DNA of 64,000 bases from Octopus bimaculoides (lineage: Eukaryota): positions 3,034,614 to 3,098,613 of the forward strand of contig NC_069000.1 in assembly GCF_001194135.2 (NCBI RefSeq), read 5' to 3'. Shown piece after piece: positions 1 to 13,655 of the stretch. The notes under the pieces are model-generated. The model ran no database searches and had not been told where the DNA came from. It saw only the letters and a program-made list of their open reading frames with translations. A program made the translations under genes and the position numbers. Each line of letters opens with the position of its first letter. Position 1 is the first letter of the stretch.

Positions 1-271
1 ACAATTGATGAAACTATAAATTATGGAGACAATATTAAAAAGTGATAATTGTATAGGACTATATATACCCGTATTTTATTTAGTGAAAAACATAATGAAA
101 TCCTGCTTTTGCTGTGACTTGTGTCATGGATGGTGTTCGTTATTTAATGAGCTTTTCTGCTGCCGTTGATTTACAGCACGTGCTAGATTACATTTTTTGT
201 CATAAAGTACATTTACGAATGCATGTATCCACGTTTATGCATATATATATGTATGCATATANNNNNNNNNN

Positions 272-316
<45 letters not shown>

Positions 317-1454
317 CATATATACATTTATATGTATATATGTAAATATATATATATGCACATATGTATAAACATACATACATCAACATATATATGTATG
401 TGTATATATATATATGTGTGTGTGGGTTTACATCTATTTATACATGCACACGCGTGCACGAGACTTGTACATGGTGTCATACCCTACTCGTTTATATACG
501 CAGGTATATACATGCACTCATACATTAAACGATAGTAAATGTGTAAGACAAAGTGACAAAAAAGACATATAGAAAAACAGGAACGGAGAACGCGTGAGAA
601 AGAGAGAGAATGAGAGAGACAATGAATAAACGACTTCATGTCATTCTTATGTATGTTTCCCATTGTTAAACGAAGCGTAGGACTTTACTTGCAATGCTTA
701 ATACTGTTGCTGTTGTTGTCGTTGGTGATCGTCTTTCTATTGTTGTTGTACTTAGTTCTTTTTCTTCCATTCTATTTACACTTTGTTTTCAGTTATTTCT
801 TTAGAATAGAAAGAGGCCAATAAACAGGAGATTGGTTCTATGAAACTTCCGCTGACAGATAAATCAATATAGCCTTTTCTACTGTAATTCTTTGCTAGAT
901 ATCACCTCACAATCATTGGCTCTACAAGTCTACGTGTATCCAGCAGGTAGTTGATTCACAGCGAGATAATACAAGGCACGTTGAATGTGAGAGGAACACC
1001 GAAAGGGAGACAAATGGAAGAGAAAGAGAGAGTTAGGGAGAGAGAGAAAGGAAGAAAGAAAGGCAAAGTGGGAGAAAGAGAGAGCGATATGGCTTACTGG
1101 GAGTGAGAAAGTGAAAAACAAATTGAAGAATTTAGTATTAGAACATATCTCAAAGCTGGTTAATAGAGGATGGGCGAAAATAGTCAGAATCAGGCTGGTT
1201 TGTTGAAGTTGCAACAAATAATACTTACCAGAAAAGTTAATGCTTTCGTCTCCGACAAAAATTTTATTTTGTAACTAATTGCAAAGGACTGCTAGTACAT
1301 GAGCATTTGAAGGAACTTAAGGATGAGAATAACACGCCAAGCAGGTAGACGGGGACTCTCTCAACAATAGTCGAGGGATTACTTTACGTATATATAATAT
1401 TCGTAATTTTTATATATTTCTGTGTTATTAATTAACTGTGTTACTAAGTTACTG

Positions 1455-1644
1455 ATTTCTTTATTGCCCACAAGGGGCTAAACATTGAGGGGACAAACAA
1501 GGACAGACAAAGGGATTTAGTCGATTACTGGTACTTAATTTATCGACTCTAAGGAATGAAAGGCAAAGTCGACTTCAGCGGAACTTGAACTCAGAACGTA
1601 ACGTCAGATGAAATGCGGCTAACGTTTTTGCCAGCTCGCCGCCT
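1455..1644 (-). mobile_element. tRNA-derived SINE, family A (tail type A2), near full length, 17-bp target-site duplication, 21-bp deletion in head
   Basis: Minus strand reads AGGCGGCGAGCTGGC...GTTCTGAGTTCAAGTTCCGCTGAAGTCGACTTTGCCTTTCATTCC (B-box-like GAGTTCAAGTTCC). It aligns with copies at 34725-34897 and 60367-60581. Flanked by the direct repeat GTGTTACTAAGTTACTG at 1438-1454 and 1645-1661. Confidence 0.9.
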
Positions 1645-2322
1645 GTGTTACTAAGTTACTGTGTTTCTAACGACATCACCAACCATTTTTCATACGTGCA
1701 CTCACCNNNNNNNNNNNNNNNNNNNNNNNNNNNNNNNNNNNNNNNNNNNNNNNNNNNNNNNNNNNNNNNNNNNNNNNNNNNNNNNNNNNNNNNNNNNNNN
1801 NNNNNNNNNNNNNNNNNNNNNNNNNNNNNNNNNNNNNNNNNNNNNNNNNNNNNNNNNNNNNNNNNNNNNNNNNNNNNNNNNNNNNNNNNNNNNNNNNNNN
1901 NNNNNNNNNNNNNNNNNNNNNNNNNNNNNNNNNNNNNNNNNNNNNNNNNNNNNNNNNNNNNTATATATATATATATATATATGCGTAGGTGCCTGCATGA
2001 AGTTATCTGTGCATACGAGCTAATTTGCATGTAAACTTGTTAATTTATGCATGAGTGCTTTAGTATGACGATCGATATACGTAGGATTGCTCTCGGCATC
2101 TTGAACTAATTTCGAAATTCTCATTTCACATCCATCTACACGCTTCAAATCATCCCTTCTTCCATATATGCACGCATATAAATATACAATCTGATATATA
2201 TATATATATATAAATACACATATATGTACTTATATGTATATATACACACATATATATATACATATATATTCATATATATACGTATTTGTATACATATATA
2301 TACATATATTTACACATATGTA

Positions 2323-2370
<48 letters not shown>

Positions 2371-2918
2371 CACGCACGCACACCAATCATACCCAACAAT
2401 TGAAATAATGAGTGACTTTGTTTTTATTGTGCGTTTCAATGTTTCTTTTTTTTTATTAGGATATGTATATTTTATCATGTATCTCGTCATTTCGTTTTTA
2501 ATTTCCGCCATGCTGATAAACATTTTCACTACATAATACCGTGTGATATTCACATATTCAATATTGTAAATGCGCACTTCTACAACTACTGCCATTGATA
2601 CTACTACTAATGATAATAATAGTAATAATTATAGTAATAATAATAATACTCTCTTCCATTATTTTACATGAATAAATATTTTATTATTGCATGGCCATCC
2701 ATACATGTATGTATTGTCAATAACGAAATGTCCAATATCTCTGCAATACATCGCTTAGAATTACTTCATCAATTATTCACGTGATTGCCAATCTAACGTC
2801 TGTAATCTAAGAAGATTGCATTTGCAGTGTCATGTGTGGCTAGTTTTCATTCTTAATATCCGCACAGCCGTTGCTGCTTTGCCTATGCGATCTTGGTCCG
2901 TCTGGTGACTTTAATTTT

Positions 2919-2970
2919 GATACTCAAGGGTTGCGATAGTGAGTGAAACAGCCTAACCACTTGGCCACGC
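2919..2970 (-). mobile_element. Degenerate tRNA-like SINE head fragment
   Basis: Minus strand GCGTGGCCAAGTGGTTAGG is A-box-like and resembles the family B head; no body follows. Confidence 0.4.
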
Positions 2971-5587
2971 TCAATGCGAAATTTCGATCTGAATAATAAC
3001 GGAGAAATTATTTCGACGTAGTAATATAAGCCGACTAAAAACCTGATGCAAAAATAGTCAGACAATTGAATGGCAACTGTGGGTTCTTAAATAATTATCT
3101 GTTATTACAAATGTTTGGCATTCATTACTGGAATATAAGATTGTCTAATATTGCTGTTTATTATTAAACATTAATTTATACTAGTTAATTCAACTGCTCA
3201 AGGCGATCTGGTTAAACTGCCAATTTTGCCAACAGTAATGATTGTCAGTATAGATATCTAATTTAGATTCTTGTCAGATATATGAGGGAAACGAAATACG
3301 ATTTTGTTCTATGATAATTGCTTTTCTGGAAGGCATTAGCATTCTGTTTGTCACTTGTGTGAGTGTATGTGTGTTCGTGTGTGGTTTAAAAAGTAGGAAA
3401 AGGGCTGCGTCAATGGCGTTTTACAATGACTTCTGTGTCTGGAGGAAGGAAGGTAAAATTTAAGCACATATGTTTTCACACGTACAATGAAAGTTGGTGA
3501 GAAACTGGGAACAAATGTTTCTTTCTGATTTAGATACCCTGGCAGCATAATTTAAATGTTGGTAGGAAAATAGGGTTGGCACGATGACGCAAAAGGTCCA
3601 GAAAATATCAATGAAAAGCATTCATTTCTAATGTGTTTTCAATCAAAGTCAATGTATCTCTTTCTTACCAAACTTAGCTACAGTAGTAGTTCTGTATTTT
3701 CGTTCAACATGGGACACCCAATGTCACACATCACTTAACGTAGTATGCTAGTCAGAGTAGAGAAGTGTTTTTTGCGGTCTTACAACAGGCGACATTTAAA
3801 TCTACATCTCTCGAGCATTTATAACCAAGATTTCGCGATTTTTATTTGAACTGCAGTAGAAAATATTCGTCGCACAATCGAATCACTTCACGGTAATAAC
3901 AATCAACTTCTGTCATTCAAATTCAAAATTGCTAACGACTAGCGCCACGCTTGAAACTCAAGACTACCAAGGAATTTGAATCAAACCGTTTTGATCCATA
4001 CATGTACCTACCAATAAATTGGTTAATTGTCCTTCTTTCGTTTGTTCACTAACTCATATATATCTATATGAGTAACTGGACACTATGCACAACATAACCG
4101 AAAGAACGGTGGCTGTGACTCTTATACTCAAATCTGCTCTTGATGGCGAGTCGTTTCTACTGAGGCATCGTCGTACCGAGGCACACAGTAGCAATAATTG
4201 TGATTTACATGCCTTTTTGCCGCGCCGTTCAATACGTGAATGATTTCAATTGTTCTATAACATTTAATGCCATTCATTGATTTTCTCCTGATGCTTACTT
4301 GATTTGGAATGCCGCCAATATTGTTTCTAAACCTCATGATTAAACACACACACACACAGACACACACACACACACACACTTGCATGCTTTTTCCTAGAAG
4401 GTGAGTTGCGTTTTTTTGTTGTTTGTTCCTACTCATTTTTTTCTACTCATTAGTGACATATGGTTTTTGTTTTCTTTGTTTTTGATTTTCATTAAATCTA
4501 ATAGAATCTAGTAGAACAATTTAAATCGCTGTTGCCAAATGAACTATATGGTAATATAATCGATATATGATAAATTATGATTAATGGAATATCTAATACA
4601 TATTTCCTTCCAGTTATTTTAAGCACTGCAAACGACGGTAATTTGATGTATATTACGTGTAAATACGCATTAATTGTTGGTCGATGCCCAAGTATACCAT
4701 AATATGATATATATACATATATATATATATTCTGTTATGTATAATATCCATTAATAGGTGCTGGTAGCATTAGTAAGTATGGATATCATTTGATATAGAG
4801 TATCATGGATATCAGTAGAAAGAAATGGAGGGGGCGGTCGATTTGTCTGAAATAGCAGTCATATCTGCTTCAGATCACTTCGTCTGTTTTTAAACATCCG
4901 GAATCCGAGGTGTCAATTTTAGAATTTAAATACAACGCGGAAGAGGAAAGAACGAAATGACGGGGATATTGAACATTCCTCCATTTGCGCATGTATATAT
5001 TATAGTCTTTCTTTGTGTGTGTGTGCCTGACAAGACATAGGCAAAGTTTTGTGTAATGGTTTCAAAGTTTCAAGTGCCTCTTTGTAAAAGACCATGTGCA
5101 AGTCTCCAAGCTAATTTCTTTATCTAATTACCAAATTACTGAGAATTTTGTGGCTATTATTCCTCATACTTCGTTGAACGAAGGTGCATCATTTTGAGCA
5201 TACGTGTGTACAGAATTTATGCCTATATAGATACACGCACATTTATATAGTTTACTCTTTGAAGAACGATATAATAAAAATATAAATCACTTTAACACTT
5301 AGATTGATATACACATGGAGGAACAACCAGTCACAGGTGGCATTTTTTATTATTAAATTCCTTTAAAGAATGAGGACATTCTGTATTGGTGAAGACTTTC
5401 TTTCATGTTCTGATATTTTCCTAACAAAAGTAGCTGATCCGGTCAATTTCGCGTAGTTTTCCTGCTTCTACAGAAACGAAGTTGCAGCTGCTAGTTCGTT
5501 CTTAATTTACTATTTTATTACTTTCTACAGTTACATGCAAAAATCAGTCACATTACCAGTGTCTTTAATAAAAGCAGTGTTGAAATA

Positions 5588-5641
5588 TTTGAAGATTTAA
5601 CCACAGTAACTCCTTTTGAAGATTTAACCACAGTAACTCCT
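5588..5641. repeat. Perfect 27-bp tandem duplication next to the 3' end of SINE B
   Basis: TTTGAAGATTTAACCACAGTAACTCCT x2. Confidence 0.9.
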
Positions 5642-5644
5642 TTT

Positions 5645-5973
5645 AAAATGAGCCCTCCGTTGGTTACAACGACGAGGGTACCAGCAGATATGATCGACGG
5701 AATAGCTTGCTCGTCAAATTAACGTGCAAGTGGTTGAGCACTCCACAGACACGTGTACCCTTAATGTAGTTCTAAGGAAGATTCAGAGTGAAACAAAGTT
5801 TGGCAAGATCGACCCTTTGAAATACATGTACTGCTCATTTTTGCCAGCTGAGTTGACTGGAGCAACATGAAATAAAGTGTCTTGCTCAAGGACACAACGC
5901 GTCACCTGGAATTGAACTCACGACCTTACAATCATGAGCCGAATTCCTTAACCATTAAGCCACGCGCCTTCAC
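5645..5973 (-). mobile_element. tRNA-derived SINE, family B, near full length, with V/Meta-type central domain
   Basis: Minus strand GTGAAGGCGCGTGGCTTAATGGTTAGG (A box) ... GTGAGTTCAATTCC (B box), then GTGTCCTTGAGCAAGACACTT...CTCCAGTCAACTCAGCTG...AAAATGAG, resembling the conserved core of V-/MetaSINEs. The core name is assigned from memory. Confidence 0.85.
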
Positions 5974-6019
5974 TGTTGCATTCTATAACACGCTGAATCT
6001 CTATGAGAACTATGTTACT

Positions 6020-6116
6020 GCTGCGCGTCTTTGTAGAGTACACGCTAAGTTCATGAGCAGGCTGTTCTTTTGATCGAATCAAGTGGAATATTTGCCAATG
6101 TAATCGACGGAGTGTC
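6020..6116 (+). mobile_element. SINE family B 3' fragment, inverted relative to 5645-5973
   Basis: CACGCTAAGTTCATGAGCAGGCTGTTC...GATCGAATC...GTAATCGACGGAGTG aligns by eye with the reverse complement of about 5648-5750. Confidence 0.65.
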
Positions 6117-7218
6117 AGTTTGTTTGTTCAGAAGAAAACTGTGCAACGATGTGCAAGTTTCATTTTGCCTCTATTCTGACAACTTTCTGCGCTTTTAAGC
6201 ATTTTGAGAGAATTAATGTCATTTATTTGTTTAATGTTTGTGTTAAATAGCGCAAAATATTTACTCTCATTCTTTATGATTGATTACATGTGTTAACGTA
6301 CGAATGTTAGGCTATACAGATTAAAAGCGTATAACAAAAACAGTATAGTCAATATCACTATATTTTAACAAGGAGCAGAAAACTTAATACACGAACAATA
6401 TATATTCAGCGATTAGGGGCAACTATACCGCGCTTATTCTGTTCTCCTCGGAGGCGCATTTAACTCCGCATTTATCTCACCTTATAACACTGACAGAAAT
6501 TATGTTATTAATTAATCCAGTTTTTCTCTCCTTGCTACGCACTATTATTAATTCGCTAAGTACATTAATTATTCAAATATTGAATCTCAAAAGCTGTAAT
6601 TCTACCACATTCATATTATCTTTACGAAAAAGAAAGCATTTCATAGCTATCTATCTTGTTTTTATGTCGTGATTTTTTACATTATTATTTTTCCATATTG
6701 TTTACAAATGTATGTAATAAAATATGCATATGTCAATTTATCATAAGTGTCCACTGAATACTTATCTGATGTTGAGATTTCCACTTATACTCTCTCTCTC
6801 TCTCACTCTTTCTCTCCCTCTCCCTCTGTTTGACTTCCTTATTAGTCTAAGTATATCTCTATTCGCATAGGACATCTATTTCTCCAGCAATGATAACTGA
6901 TAACTATATATGCATATACATATATGTGTGTGTAAACACGCACACAAACAAACACCCACACAAACAAAAACACACACCCAGCTATACGATAAGCACAGAG
7001 AAAAACGCTTTCTCTCTTAATTATTTCTGTTATTACACTGCAGCAATGATGGGTTACTACCAAACTGTGATTAGTCGAAGACATCGATCACGGTATTACC
7101 TTAAATAAACCTCGTAATTATTATCTCATCACTTTTTGCTAAGTTACGACGAAGTAAACAAAACAAGTGTAGAGCAAACACTTAGACAAAGACATAGATA
7201 TATAAACTGTAAGTGTGT

Positions 7219-7265
<47 letters not shown>

Positions 7266-7488
7266 NNNNNNNNNNNNNNNNNNNNNNNNNNNNNNNNNNN
7301 NNNNNNNNNNNNNNNNNNNNNNNNNNNNNNNNNNNNNNNNNNNNNNNNNNNNNNNNNNNNNNNNNNNNNNNNNNNNNNNNNNNNNNNNNNNNNNNNNNNN
7401 NNNATATACACACAAAGTAGGGGTCTGAAGCCAGACCTATGTAAGAAGCAAATTTCTTACCAGAGAGCTATGCCAGAGCCTATAGATA

Positions 7489-7518
7489 TTGCTTCCCAAC
7501 CACATAGTACCGGGTTCA
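7489..7518 (+). mobile_element. SINE family C head fragment
   Basis: TTGCTTCCCAACCACATAGTACCGGGTTCA matches the head of the full copies at 45499-45906 and 62674-63022. Confidence 0.55.
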
Positions 7519-7561
7519 TACATCCATACACACATAAATATAGATATGTGGGTGTGTGTGT

Positions 7562-7594
<33 letters not shown>

Positions 7595-8220
7595 TGTGGG
7601 TGTCTGCATGAACGTGGATATTTTTTGGGACTGATACAAAGACCACAAACATAGACAGACATAAAACATACAAAATTGTTTTTATTCTCTTAAAAATAAA
7701 ACAACAATATTATAGCAAGTAATACATTCAGATATTTTTTGCCGAGGAGCTTCCATTCGTTTCCATGTATTTCTTGTATTTATTATTATACTAATTATTA
7801 CTATTGTTATTATTATTAGTAGTAGTTAGTAGTCGTAGTATTAGTATTAGTAGTAGTAGTAGTAGTAGTAGTAGTAACTTTGCAGCCAGGAGAAAACATT
7901 TTCTCTCTTTCATTCAACAAAAAGTATTTTATACGTATGTAGTAATGTTTTTTTTTCTTTTGCAGTAATGTTATAAAGAACAACGCAATATGATAATGAT
8001 GACTGTGGGGGGAAATGATGATGATGGTCGTGTGGGGGAAGGAGTGGGTGTGCGGTAGTCATGATAACGGCAAGCGCAGGGGGTCGAGATTAATTCGATG
8101 ACGTCGATGTTGACCAATATTGTGCTGATAATGAAAATCGTGATGATATTAGCGGGATGTAAGATAAGTGTAATGATGAAGTTGAAATGGGAAAAATAAA
8201 TAAATAAATAAATAATAATA

Positions 8221-8580
8221 ATCTGGGATATGCCAATACACAGAGATAGAGAAATTAATGGTAATAGCCCCGATATAGTTGCGAGAGATCCCCGAGAAAA
8301 AATCCTTTCTAATTGATGTATCAATACCAACAGATGTCAATGTTTCTCTACAAGAAAAGGAGAAACTTTCAAAATACAAAGATTTGGAAATAGAAGTAAC
8401 TCGAATGTGGATTCTAAAAACTGTAACAATTCCTATCATAGAAGGCGCATTAGGTATGATAAAAAATATTCAAACAAACATATAACGAAAACACCAGGAC
8501 TTACAAGTATATATAACATACAGAAAATTGCACTACTAGGTATCGCACACATCCTACGTAAAACACTTTCAATACAGTAA
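8221..8580 (+). mobile_element. 5'-truncated non-LTR retrotransposon fragment, restriction-like endonuclease C-terminus (R4/Dong-like), two frameshifts
   Basis: Spliced-frame translation IWDMPIHRDREINGNSPDIVARD / EKKSFLIDVSIPTDVNVSLQEKEKLSKYKDLEIEVTRMW..TIPIIEGALG / YSNKHITKTPGLTSIYNIQKIALLGIAHILRKTLSIQ* carries the PD...IDV.IP...EK..KY motif of RLE-type LINEs. The 5' junction lies in an (AAAT)n/(AAT)n tract. Confidence 0.85.
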
Positions 8581-9543
8581 AAATAAGAACATCGCAACAC
8601 ACTCACACACGCATACTTACATATATATAAATATTACATCAGTAGACAACTGGTACTTATTTTAGCAACAATAAAATGATGGAATGCTATTTTGACATGC
8701 TATTTATATTATGAATGCAGACACACAAATATATTTGAAAGAGACAGGGTTCGGATTCTCTGTAGCCACTCACTGGCCAATGTTTCTGTTTTCTAAGGGC
8801 ATTTAGCAAACCTTTAGACATTTTCCAGAGCTATTCTTCGTTGAGATTTACTTTATTTTCTGTAAAGCACCAACTCAGAGCTTCTACGTTTGTTTATAAT
8901 GTGTGCCTCTGCGTGTGTGTGTGTGTGTGTACACATATGCGTGTGAAGATTTGAAATTCTTATAAGCTAGTATAACCCGACATTCCATATGTGCATCAAT
9001 GAATGCGAGATTGTCGAGTCAGATATTTATGTGTTTATATAAGCCTGTGTGTCTATATAAATAATTAAGCGTATGGAGACCTGTTCTATATAAATATATT
9101 TATACTGTTACGTCCATCAGTTTGCACATATGAACATATGTATTGCTATCTGCATATGTATATATATTTTGCATACATACAAATGCTATTTAATAAGGCA
9201 TTTATTAATATTTGTGTTGTTGCATATATAAGGAGATGCTTACAAAGAAATGAAACATATGTGTGTGTACGTATATATGGCATCTTCTGCGTTTCAGCGT
9301 TATATTCGTAGTGGGTTTATGTATTGTTTTACTTCGTTTCAGTATGTGTATATAGGTCTGCTGATGTGTGTGAGGGTCAATATATGCACGAGATTTGTAA
9401 ACTTGTTGACAGCCATATACTGGTAAGAGGATTAAACGATAGTTGAATGCATTCGGTTTAAGAAGAAATACTGGAAGAAGAAAAAAATCATTCCGCTAAC
9501 AAATTTGGGAAAGAAAAAAAAAACTACAATCATAAGAACAACA

Positions 9544-9546
<3 letters not shown>

Positions 9547-9601
<55 letters not shown>

Positions 9602-9606
9602 TAATG
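9547..9606. repeat. (AAT)n microsatellite, representative. Others: (AGT)n about 7815-7876 and 27121-27153; (AAT)n/(AAC)n about 51198-51280; (AAT)n about 58575-58630 and 59584-59612; (AGAT)n about 10816-10900; very many (AT)n, (CA)n and (AG)n tracts
   Basis: Direct reading. Confidence 0.95.
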
Positions 9607-9829
9607 ATAAATAGATAAGGAGTGGAAGAATAAAAAGAATGATAACAACAACAATAATTATAATAAATAATAACGGAAATATCTTGAGTAGTAATGATAT
9701 AAACAAGAACATCAAAAACATCCAATCATCCTCAACACTATTATCATGAACCACTGTCACAATACCATCAGTGTCAGTATATATGGTCATCCTCATCGTC
9801 ATCATAATCATTATTGTTACGATTTCTAA

Positions 9830-10016
9830 AAGTTGTGAACGGGCAACTCTGTGAGCACGCGAAACAAAAGTCATGAGCGGAATTTCTTCTGTCTTTACGA
9901 CCATCAGGTCAAATGTCACCGAGGTCGTCTTCGCCCTTTTATTGTTTCCGGGACAATAAAATAACTACGAGTTCGATGTAATCGACGAGTCACCTCAAGC
10001 AAAATTTCACGCCTGT
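9830..10016 (+). mobile_element. Diverged SINE family A
   Basis: ...GAGCGGAATTTCTTCTGTCTTTACG...CACCGAGGTCGTCTTCGCCC...GATGTAATCGAC...AAAATTTCACGCCTGTGC is collinear with other A copies. Confidence 0.65.
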
Positions 10017-10027
10017 GCGTGTGTGTA

Positions 10028-10124
<97 letters not shown>

Positions 10125-10824
10125 ATTATCGGTAGGACCTTGCTTCCCACTCAGAAAACTGAATGGAGCGGTGGCCAGCAGCAACAGTTTGTATCCAGTG
10201 ATCATCTGGGGTTTCAAGCCTGGTCTGTCACAACTTTCCGTTGGTGTGTCATCAGGGGCGGCCATATCACTGCTTCTCATCTCCTTTCCGCTTATTTCCT
10301 CCACGTATATATGTATGTTTATGAGTGTGTATGTATGGGATAGTTAGATGTATGTCTATGTATGTGAATATATATATATATATATACATATATGTACTCA
10401 CTCACACATACACACATATGCATATATATGATTATGTGTGCGTGTGCTCAATGTAACTAACTTTAGTGGTTTCGCTAATGGATTCAAAAATGAAACAGTA
10501 ATGTGAAATATAGTAACTACACCTAACCAAGAATTAATACGGAACCAATTTTATAGGGAAAATCGTCATATTGAAAACCTAAATACGTCACCTCTACAGA
10601 AAAGGCCCTGCCAATATATTCTATGGAATATGGTCAGTGTTTTGAAGTACATATTGATTAAAATGTCAAGTCGTTCTCGTCTTCTGCTGAGGTTTTCATT
10701 CAAGCGGTTTTATGGTGCCGTCAAAAAGAAGAAACGTATCAAATCTGAGAGAGGCAAGGAACAGCAATGCATCAGCAGTGACAGTTGCCACTAATAATTC
10801 TATGCATAATATATTTAGATACAG

Positions 10825-10872
<48 letters not shown>

Positions 10873-12336
10873 GGATAGTTAGATAGATAGATAAATAGAT
10901 AGAACATGCATACACACATTGATTGATTGATTGACGAATAAATATAAATGCGTGCCTCGGTNNNNNNNNNNNNNNNNNNNNNNNNNNNNNNNNNNNNNNN
11001 NNNNNNNNNNNNNNNNNNNNNNNNNNNNNNNNNNNNNNNNNNNNNNNNNNNNNNNNNNNNNNNNNNNNNNNNNNNNNNNNNNNNNNNNNNNNNNNNNNNN
11101 NNNNNNNNNNNNNNNNNNNNNNNNNNNNNNNNNNNNNNNNNNNNNNNNNNNNNNNNNNNNNNNNNNNNNNNNNNNNNNNNNNNNNNNNNNNNNNNNNNNN
11201 NNNNNNNNNNNNNNNNNNNNNNNNNNNNNNNNNNNNNNNNNNNNNNNNNNNTATATATATATATATATATATATATGCTTAGACACATATGCATACTTTC
11301 AGATCCAAAGAAGAGCACGTGGAATACACACACACGCACATGTACGCATGATTATATATATACAAATATCTATTCAAATGTATATATTTGACTAACATTC
11401 AGTACACGTCTTTATCTCCCGATGAAGTGCCTATCATTCCGAAAGCTTGCACAAATATCCATTGGAGTGAAATCCTGTTTGTGTTTTTACTGTCCATATG
11501 TGTTCAATTTGTCGCTTTCGTGTTCATACAATTTCCTACTGAGATATTTCAACTTGGCCTAGCTACGTCCATCTAACCGGAAATAGTGCATAGGAGCGAA
11601 CTACTGAAGTCGAAGGGGATCTGTCACATCATAAAAGCTCCTGAAATGACGTTCCACAATGTGGTCCATTAGGCGGGAAAAATAAATGTTAGCAAACCCT
11701 ATATCATAACATGCAACCAACGAATATGTGACTGTTTCTACGTACTTGCGTGCATGTGTGTGTGTGTTTGTGTATTTGCGTGCGTGCATGCTCGAATGTG
11801 TGCAAGACTTTATCTGTGTACTGGGAAAGATATATGTGAACGCATGTATATAAGTATATATTTAAAGTGTTACAGTTGATTCTTCCATTCCTCTATCTGA
11901 CTTTCTTTCTCTCTGTCTCTCTACCCATATATNNNNNNNNNNNNNNNNNNNNNNNNNNNNNNNNNNNNNNNNNNNNNNNNNNNNNNNNNNNNNNNNNNNN
12001 NNNNNNNNNNNNNNNNNNNNNNNNNNNNNNNNNNNNNNNNNNNNNNNNNNNNNNNNNNNNNNNNNNNNNNNNNNNNNNNNNNNNNNNNNNNNNNNNNNNN
12101 NNNNNNNNNNNNNNNNNNNNNNNNNNNNNNNNNNNNNNNNNNNNNNNGTAAATCTATTACTGTATGAAAAAGAAAAACAACATATAAATACGTATGTTCT
12201 TAAAGGTTATTGTGACTCCGCTACGGTATACATGGTTTCGTAAAAGACAACCATATTGCACAGCCATTTCAGTTCATGTACATATATAGAATCACACACA
12301 TCTCTACCGATATATTATCCGGCATATACAGGTGTT

Positions 12337-12378
<42 letters not shown>

Positions 12379-13374
12379 CGTGTGTATTCGTATATATGTA
12401 TGTAAGTTTTTATGTGTATATAAATATGTGTCCTGTTTGCATATACGTCTACTTCTAAATTAATATTCATAGAAATAGACACAGCCCTAAATATTTGAAA
12501 GTCACTTTTGATATATGTAATGGAAAGTATGCACATCGTAAATAAAAATGCTGCTATAACTGTATCTTTGTATTGAATAACTTAAACACCTTGAAAAATA
12601 CAAATGCTTGACAAAAATTCGTATGGCAATATTCGTTTTCCATCATATCTCAGATTACGTAGGTAGACAGAGTCATTGGATTTATACTGTAATATAACCT
12701 CTTGGATATATGATGAGTTAAACCAGATGTTATACGATGGATATAAGCTTACCCATCGTCAGTTTCTAAATTCTTCACTAAAGTCATCCGTATCTACTAT
12801 CCCATCATTACAATAGGTTCTTGCTATTTTGCGAATCACACTGCCAGAGTATTCACGAGATTCTCTTCATATTATCTCAACACCAAATCCCTCAGGTTTG
12901 GCCAGTGGGTGATTGGAGTCAATATAGATATGGGTGACGTTATTTGGATAATTTATGGTTAATATTTTGTTTCGAATTATTGATCTAGACTTTTGGCTAC
13001 CGCCATATTTGAAAGCGTATTTATCGACAGTCTGTGTCACATACGTTTTCCGTTTAATTAATATCTACATTTGTAAGCGGTTAGGCTGTTCATGTTCTGT
13101 TATATAGGATATTCTGCTGGGCTATCACCATTGTACAATCCAAACCAATGAACGTGAAGAGGGGCAAATATAAAATGCCATTAAGTTTTAGTAGGTCAAA
13201 CTCATGAGAGAGGTTACACAAAGGGGTAACCTCCATTATAAAACCCTAATCGTAATTGGTACTGCAATTCCGTCCAAATCAGTAGGCTAATTGTCGCAGA
13301 ATCCCTCCTCACAAGAGGGGATTAAAAAGGGAGAATGTAATTAGATATAGATGGATAAAAGTCACAAGTAGATA

Positions 13375-13599
13375 GACAGATAGCTAGATAGATATGTAGA
13401 CAGATAGCTGATGGATAGGCAGATAGCTAGCTAGCTAGGTAGGAAGATAGCTAGCTAGCTAGGAAGATAGCTAGCTAGCTAGATAGATAGATAGCTAGCT
13501 AGATAGATAGATAGATAGATAGCTAGATAGGAAGATAGCTAGCTAGATAGATAGATAGGAAGATAGCTAGATAGATAGATAGATAGATAGGAAGATAGC

Positions 13600-13638
<39 letters not shown>

Positions 13639-13655
13639 GTAGGTAGGTAGGTACA
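13375..13655. repeat. Compound (AGAT)n/(AGCT)n/(AGGT)n microsatellite with recurring GGAAGATAGCTAG units
   Basis: Direct reading. Confidence 0.95.

Noticed and set aside
5880-5973. Possible tRNA gene
   Set aside because: A and B boxes are present, but there is no complete cloverleaf and the sequence continues into a SINE body.
7985-8195. Asp/Met-rich coding-like segment
   Set aside because: Appears to be a decayed (GAT)n tract with stops in the relevant frames.
11417-11452. Hammerhead-like motif CCGATGA...CGAAA (Penelope-type); also CTGATGA...GAAA on the minus strand near 10235-10255
   Set aside because: The core deviates from CUGANGA and/or stem II lacks the G-C closing pair, and I could not find stems I/III or a cleavage triplet.
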